A program made the translations under genes and the position numbers. From the NCBI RefSeq assembly GCF_902652985.1, contig NC_047023.1, forward strand, positions 41,540,001 through 41,604,000: DNA of 64,000 nucleotides, read 5' to 3'. The notes under the pieces were generated by a model. It saw only the letters and a list, made by a program, of their open reading frames with translations. It ran no database searches and was not told the origin of the DNA. The stretch is from Pecten maximus (lineage: Eukaryota). Shown here in pieces: positions 33,533-42,500 of the stretch (its first letter is position 1; each line of letters begins with the position of its first letter).

Positions 33533-36500
33533 GTATGATCCGTTTTTGCAATAATTATCTAGAAATGCGAATGACCTTTGAATATCGAACCTCCTTTCCC
33601 AAGTTCATGTTCCCGTCTGAGATTTTGTCTGTCTGGTATGCAGCTGTTTATTGAAGATTCAACGAATACCCGACAGACTAATCCGTAGCCGTTTGTTAGT
33701 TTTAACACCTGTTAATTTGTTTGTACAATCCTATAATGTAGTTATTTATGTTAAAAGAATATGTAAATCTCCCTTTGTCCATTTCGTTTCCTTGTCATCT
33801 CGACCAGCTGATCGACTGTCAAAGACCCATGGTACCTGGGAAATCGACCATATGGGCTCGATCGTCATCAAAACTCCGCGTAATCCAGCAGGGATCATTT
33901 GTTTTATTGAGTTAATTAATTTCTATTCCCGGGTTGTGAAACGAGTATACTGTCAAAGTGGAAAATAATATGTTGACAACTAGCCCAAGTTTTCTCTGGT
34001 CCTGTCACCATGTCTGGTGTAGGGCCACAGCGCACTACTTGTATATGAAAACGTGAAATTATCCGGACGGAATAAAACACCTAGATGGGACTAAATGGGT
34101 GTTCTGGGGTAAATAAATATCTCATTTATCCATATATGTAAAGTAGGTGTTATGTCACTCCTGATTTTATTGTATTTACACCAGATTCTTAGCGACACCA
34201 AACTGTGTCGAATAATTCCACGTTTTCATATAGTAGTGCGCTCTGGCCCTACACCAGACATGGTGACAGGGCCAGAGAAAACTCGGGCTAGTTGACAACA
34301 TATTCTTAACATTTGGAACCTACATTAAACCCAAAATATACAAACAATATTTGGTTCAGTCATGTATTCATTGACCTTCTCAGTTTAGCTGGCAAAAGTC
34401 TGAGAGTGTGCATGAGTGCAAACAAGAAAAAGTGTAGGTAGAAAGGGCATTTGCAGTTGGCTGCAAATGAAAAACATGTGAAGGGAATGGATTCTGACAT
34501 TTGATTCTGGTCTAATAATGGAATTCAAAATAGTTCTTTCTATAGAACAGAAGAGAAAGGGATAGTGAGACAAATGTCACTGTCTTTGAAGACGAAAAAT
34601 GCAATAGCAGGGCCAAAGATGATTAAATCCTGATCAGGACTTAATAAATCTAAACGAACATTATTGATTGAACCATGAGTTACACGGTTACCCTTGTCAC
34701 TCTGACCCAGTCACACTCAGTACTGAAGAGGTCTTCAAACCAGTGTTATTGTTGAAAATTTATCAGGTCAACCTGCTCATAAAAATTAAATTGTAATTTA
34801 AATTAAATTTAATGTAGATGTACAATGCTTAAGTATTTTAATGTCTGATGGGCATGAGCTTTTGTTCAACCATTATCTTGTCTTTTCTTTGGTATATTGT
34901 TCCATTCCTAATACAGTATTTAAATCTATATCAACGGAAATTTACCTTTTTTTTTATAGTCTTTTGGGTGCATGATTAGATCTGTTTTGTTTTTCAGTGT
35001 GCTCTGCCACAATGAACATAGAAAATACCGGTATAAGTAACTTTGTTATGAAGCAGAGGAAAATGTTGAAAGGACACCATGGCAAAGTCTTATGCATGAA
35101 CTGGTCAACTGACAAACGTCGTATAGTGAGCTCCTCACAGGTAAGACTGACAAACATTGTATAGTGAGCTCCTCACAGGTAAGACTGACAAACGTCGTAT
35201 AGTGAGCTCCTCACAGGTAAGACTGACAAACATTATATAGTGAGCTCCTCACAGGTAAGACTGACAAACGTCGTATAGTGAGCTCCTCACAGGTAAGACT
35301 GACAAACGTCGTATAGTGAGCTCCTCACAGGTAAGACTGACAAACATTTTATAGTGAGCTCCTCACAGTTAAAACCGACAAACGTTGTATAGTGAGCCCC
35401 TCACAGGTAAGACTGACAAATGTTGTATAGTGAGCCCCTCACAGGTAAGACTGACAAATGTTTTATAGTGAGCTCCTCACAGGTAATAAGACTGACAAAC
35501 GTCGTATAGTGAGCTCCTCACAGGTAAGACTGACAAATGTTGTATAGTGAGCCCCTCACAGGTAAGACTGACAAAAAACGTTATATAGTGAGCTCCTCAC
35601 AGGTAAGACTGACAAACGTCGTATAGTGAGCTCCTCACATGTAAGCCTGACAAACGTTGTATAGTGAGCTCCTCACAGGTAAGACTGACCAATGTCATAT
35701 AGTGAGCTCACAGGTAAGACTGACCAATGTCATATAGTGAGCTCACAGATAAGACTGACAGATGTTTAATAGTGAGCTCCTCACAGATAAGACTGACAAA
35801 TGTTGTATAGTGAGCCCCTCACAGGTAAGACTGACAAAAAACGTTATATAGTGAGCTCACAGGTAAGACTGACCAATGTCATATAGTGAGCTCACAGATA
35901 AGACTGACAGATGTTTTATAGTGAGCTCCTCACAGATAAGACTGACAAACGTTGTATAGTGAGCTCCTCACAGGTAAGACTGACCAATGTCATATAGTGA
36001 GCACACAGGTGAGACTGACAAACATCGTATAGTGAGTTCCTCACAGGTAAGACTGACAAACATCATATACTGAGCTCACAGATGAGACTGACAAACATTG
36101 TAGTGAGCTCCTCACAGGTAAGACTGACAAATGTTGTATAGTGAGCCCCTCACAGGTAAGACTGACCAATGTTGTATAGTGAGCTCCTCACAGGTAAGAC
36201 TGACCAATGTTGTATAGTGGGCTCCTCACAGGTAAGACTGACCAATGTTGTATAGTAAGCTCCTCACAGGTAAGACTGACCAATGTTGTATAGTAGGCTC
36301 CTCACAGGTAAGACTGACAAATGTTGTATAGTGAGCTCCTCACAGGTAAGACTGACCAATGTTGTATAGTGAGCCCCTCACAGGTAAGACTGACCAATGT
36401 TGTATAGTAAGCTCCTCACAGGTAAGACTGACAAACATTGTATAGTGAGCTCCTGACAGGTAATAAGACTGACAAACGTTGTATAGTGAGCTCCTCACAG

Positions 36501-39500
36501 GTAAGACTGACAAACGACGTATAGTGAGCTCCTCACAGGTAAGACTGACAAACGTCTTATAGTGAGCTCCTCACAGATAAGACTGACAAACGTTGTATAG
36601 TGAGCTCCTCACAGGTAAGACTGACCAATGTCATATAGTGAGCACACAGGTGAGACTGACAAACATCGTATAGTGAGTTCCTCACAGGTAAGACTGACAA
36701 ACATCATATACTGAGCTCACAGATGAGACTGACAAACATTGTAGTGAGCTCCTCACAGGTAAGACTGACAAATGTCGTATAGTGAGCCCCTCACAGGTAA
36801 GACTGACCAATGTTGTATAGTAAGCTCCTCACAGGTAAGACTGACAAATGTTGTATAGTGAGCCCCTCACAGGTAAGACTGACAAAAAACGTTATATAGT
36901 GAGCTCCTCACAGGTAAGACTGACAAACGTCGTATAGTGAGCTCCTCACATGTAAGCCTGACAAACGTTGTATAGTGAGCTCCTCACAGGTAAGACTGAC
37001 CAATGTCATATAGTGAGCTCACAGGTAAGACTGACCAATGTCATATAGTGAGCTCACAGATAAGACTGACAGATGTTTAATAGTGAGCTCCTCACAGATA
37101 AGACTGACAAATGTTGTATAGTGAGCCCCTCACAGGTAAGACTGACAAAAAACGTTATATAGTGAGCTCACAGGTAAGACTGACCAATGTCATATAGTGA
37201 GCTCACAGATAAGACTGACAGATGTTTTATAGTGAGCTCCTCACAGATAAGACTGACAAACGTTGTATAGTGAGCTCCTCACAGGTAAGACTGACCAATG
37301 TCATATAGTGAGCACACAGGTGAGACTGACAAACATCGTATAGTGAGTTCCTCACAGGTAAGACTGACAAACATCATATACTGAGCTCACAGATGAGACT
37401 GACAAACATTGTAGTGAGCTCCTCACAGGTAAGACTGACAAATGTTGTATAGTGAGCCCCTCACAGGTAAGACTGACCAATGTTGTATAGTGAGCTCCTC
37501 ACAGGTAAGACTGACCAATGTTGTATAGTGGGCTCCTCACAGGTAAGACTGACCAATGTTGTATAGTAAGCTCCTCACAGGTAAGACTGACCAATGTTGT
37601 ATAGTAGGCTCCTCACAGGTAAGACTGACAAATGTTGTATAGTGAGCTCCTCACAGGTAAGACTGACCAATGTTGTATAGTGAGCCCCTCACAGGTAAGA
37701 CTGACCAATGTTGTATAGTAAGCTCCTCACAGGTAAGACTGACAAACATTGTATAGTGAGCTCCTGACAGGTAATAAGACTGACAAACGTTGTATAGTGA
37801 GCTCCTCACAGGTAAGACTGACAAACGACGTATAGTGAGCTCCTCACAGGTAAGACTGACAAACGTCTTATAGTGAGCTCCTCACAGATAAGACTGACAA
37901 ACGTTGTATAGTGAGCTCCTCACAGGTAAGACTGACCAATGTCATATAGTGAGCACACAGGTGAGACTGACAAACATCGTATAGTGAGTTCCTCACAGGT
38001 AAGACTGACAAACATCATATACTGAGCTCACAGATGAGACTGACAAACATTGTAGTGAGCTCCTCACAGGTAAGACTGACAAATGTCGTATAGTGAGCCC
38101 CTCACAGGTAAGACTGACCAATGTTGTATAGTGAGCTCCTCACAGGTAAGACTGACCAATGTTGTATAGTGGGCTCCTCACAGGTAAGACTGACCAATGT
38201 TGTATAGTAAGCTCCTCACAGGTAAGACTGACCAATGTTGTATAGTGGGCTCCTCACAGGTAAGACTGACAAATGTTGTATAGTGAGCTCCTCACAGGTA
38301 AGACTGACCAATGTTGTATAGTGAGCCCCTCACAGGTAAGACTGACCAATGTTGTATAGTAAGCTCCTCACAGGTAAGACTGACAAACATTGTATAGTGA
38401 GCTCCTGACAGGTAATAAGACTGACAAACGTTGTATAGTGAGCTCCTCACAGGTAAGACTGACAAACGTCGTATAGTGAGCTCCTCACAGATAAGACTGA
38501 CAAATGTTGTATAGTGAGCTCCTCACAGGTAAGACTGACAAATGTTGTATAGTGAGCTCCTCACAGGTAAGACTGACAAACGTCGTATAGTGAGATCCTC
38601 ACAGGTAAGACTGACAAACGTCGTATAGTGAGCTCCTCACAGATAAGACTGACAAATGTTGTATAGTGAGCTCCTCACAGGTAAGACTGACAAACGTTGT
38701 ATAGTGAGCTCCTCACAGGTAAGACTGACAAATGTTGTATAGTGAGCTCCTCACAGGTAAGACTGACAAATGTTGTATAGTGAGCTCCTCACAGGTAAGA
38801 CTGACAAACGTCGTATAGTGAGCTCCTCACAGGTAAGACTGACCAATGTTGTATAGTAAGCCCCTCACAGGTAAGACTGACAAACATCGTATAGTGAGTT
38901 CCTCACAGGTAAGACTGACAAATGTCATATAGTGAGCACACAGGTGAGACTGACCAATGTTGTATAGTGAGCTCCTCACAGATAAGACTGACCAATGTTG
39001 TATAGTGGGCTCCTCACAGATAAGACTGACCAATGTTGTATAGTAAGCTCCTCACAGGTAAGACTGACAAACATCGTATAGTGATTTCCTCACAGGTAAG
39101 ACTGACCAATGTCGTATTGTGATAGTCGGAAGGACTTCCAATTGATAGGCGTTTGTTCATAGTCACAAGGAATTATAAATATTGATTGCAAACTTGACAC
39201 AATAATGAAATACTGTAATGTATTGAACAAACCCAAAGTATTGTTAGAAAAGAAATATCAAGAGCCTAAAGAATTTTGTCTCAATTGTATTGCTTCAGCC
39301 ATGGCCACATTGACAAACATGTAACATAAATGATGTAGTCTTTACACTGTAATAATATATTTCCATGTTGATCTTATTTTAAAATTGGAAGCCTTCAGCT
39401 AAATCATGATTGTGCTAATGGACATTTCTGTTTATTGTATTCTGTGACAAGCACTGTGGGTTTGCTGATTTGTCATTGTGCTAATCTGATTAAAGTCAAT

Positions 39501-42500
39501 AATGTGCTGAAATTTAAGTGTGCAAAGCTGAATACTTTTACAATATTTTGTTTATCCTGACACTCATGGTTCAACCTTAACAAGTTTTCTGTGTTACTAC
39601 ATTCTTCACAAAAAAAATCCTTCCATTTCAGGATGGTAAAATGCTGGTATGGGATGCCTTCACAACAAATAAGGTAAGATATTTAGAAAAGCAGACAAGG
39701 TTTCTGATAATTTTCTAGCATTACTGAACCACCTTACACCCAGTCATGGACAAACACTGGCTTTGAAAATCTTGCTTGTATTGACAACTTTATGGCCCAT
39801 TTCATTTGTTGTTATTTTGACATGTTTTCTTATCATTCTGTGATAAATTGAGAAACCATAATAATCCCTAATTAAGATAAAAGTTTGATTATTTGTACAG
39901 GAGCATGCAGTAACTATGCCTACTACCTGGGTGATGGCGTGTTCCTTTGGTCCATCAGGAGAGGTTGTAGCATGTGGGTAGGTACACAATTCTTATCACT
40001 TTCTTTGTTTGCCTCAGCTGTTAAGTTTATTATTGTCAAATGCTTCATTTAAAATCAAAACAAAAACAAAAACCTTTCTCTGTTTTCAAAACAATTTCTT
40101 TGAAAAAAAAGCTGTTTATGTAAATGTGGCAGTATTATGTTATGACAAATGTAGAGGTTACACAGTGAGAGAAGATATTCTACAGTTAATGCCTCTCATT
40201 GGGTCTAGACAACAAGAGTTTATTTTACTCAGTAAGAGAAGATGAAGTAAGATAACACATTCTTCTCATCATCATATTTTAGGGGTCTAGACAACAAGAG
40301 TTTATTTTACTCAGTAAGAGAAGATGAAGTAAGATAACACATTCCTCTCATCACTATATTTTAGGGGTCTAGACAACAAGTGTACAGTTTACCCGGTGAG
40401 AGAAGATGACCCCGCGTCTAAGAAGAAGGCTGTGGCTACACACACAAGTTATCTCTCTTGTTGTACATTTACAACCTCAGACAAACAGGTACGATTTCAC
40501 AGATACATAAATGTCTTGTAACAGAGGGACTAACATATCACCTTAACTTAAAGTAGGACGTGGGGATATTGCTTAAAATGGGATATTTCTAAGATCTGAA
40601 TTTGATAAATATCTTCATGTGGTGTTTAAAATTAGATATTTATGCTGTGTTGTGAAACAAATCATGTTTCGGCATATGATTTATTTAGGATTCAAAACCA
40701 AAAACTGAAATAAAGGAAATTTTCTTCTGCATATCACTATAGATACCTGTTATAGATTGACAATAACACAGGCATTCTTGGTATGTGGGCTCTTTCTAGA
40801 ACTAAGATTTTCTAAGGTTTTTATTTATAAATTAATAGTGGCCTTTTATTTCTAATAATGCAGGCCCCATGAACCTCTTTATAACTGAAATGGCTGGTGT
40901 ATGTTACCCACATTTGAACCTCTTACCAAGAATTAATAAAACAGAATTTTCAGTGCTCACATTAATTTTATACCCAGCTTTCTTATTTTTTGCAGATTTT
41001 AACAGGAAGTGGTGACAGTACATGTGCATTGTGGGATGTCGAGAGTGGCCAGCTGATTCAGAGTTTCCATGGTCACGCTGGAGACGTCATGAGTATTGAC
41101 CTTTCTCCCTCGGAAACTGGCAATCTATTTATATCTGGGGTAAGTATGAAATGAACATGTGTGTAAATATTCATTCTTCCTGATAAGTTGTTTTCCTGCA
41201 TGACTATTAGAATAGATCATTAACAGAAAGAAAACAAAGAGATTAAACATCAAAGATTTCTTAGTGCTATTCTAAAATTATCTGTGTGGAAGGAGTGGAT
41301 AATTTTGAAACAGCCCTACTCAAATCTTGTTTCTGTATGTGAAATTCAGTTTGAATGGAATAAGATTATATAATAGAAAATGTTTTGTTTGAAATGTATG
41401 TTTTATCCAGTCCAGTACAGTAATATGTAGTGAATAAATTTTTTTTCAAATTATGTTCTCGTACTTTAAAAAACTGGACATATTTTGATTACTCAGTTGT
41501 TTCAACTGATTTCAGTCTAAACCTATTTGAATTTTGAAAAGTTTACAAAAAAGTTTGAAATACTGGTGCATTTCTTGGTTGGACAGAATTCATCCATCAC
41601 TCTCCTGTGACAGAGGCTGCCATTTCTAATTTTATGTCGTGATAGATTACTAAAACAGATACATAATTATGTCACAAACAGCTTCAGTGTCCTCCTGGCT
41701 TGAATTTGAAAATTTTCTAGATGGTCCACCCTCCTGACTATTTTGTTGTAGCCTAGTTTAGTATTGTTTAATGTCCTATCAACAGCTAAGGTTATTTAAG
41801 GTTGACTTGTGTTTGAGTTTCATGTGTATACTTGGAGACTGCAACATGTTCATGTTTTTCCTCCTTGTAATGGTGCAGAACTAATGCCAACTTTAAAATG
41901 CTATCTATTTTGTTGTTGTCTCTAATGAGGTACCATTTTGTTGTAGCCTATTCTCTAATGAGGTACCATTTTGCTGTAGTCTAGCCTCTAATGAGGTACC
42001 ATTTTGTTGTAGTCTAGCCTCTAATGAGGTACCATTTTGTTGTAGCCTAGCCTCTAATGAGGTACCATTTTGTTGTAGCCTCTAATGAGGTGCCATTTTG
42101 TTGTAGCCTAGCCTCTAATGAGGTACCATTTTGTTGTAGCCTATTCTCTAATGAGGTACCATTTTGTTGTAGTCTAGCCTCTAATGAGGTACCATTTTGT
42201 TGTAGTCTAGCCTCTAATGAGGTACCATTTTGTTGTAGCCTCTAATGAGGTGCCATTTTGTTGTAGCCTAGCCTCTAATGAGGTACCATTTTGTTGTAGC
42301 CTATTCTCTAATGAGGTACCGTTTTGTTGTAGTCTAGCCTCTAATGAGGTACCATTTTGTTGTAGTCTAGACTCTAATGAGGTACCATTTTGTTGTAGTC
42401 TAGCCTCTAATGAGGTATCATTTTGTTGTAGCCTCTAATGAGGTACCATTTTGTTGTAGTCTAGCCTCTAATGAGGTGCCATTTTGTTGTAGCCTCTAAT

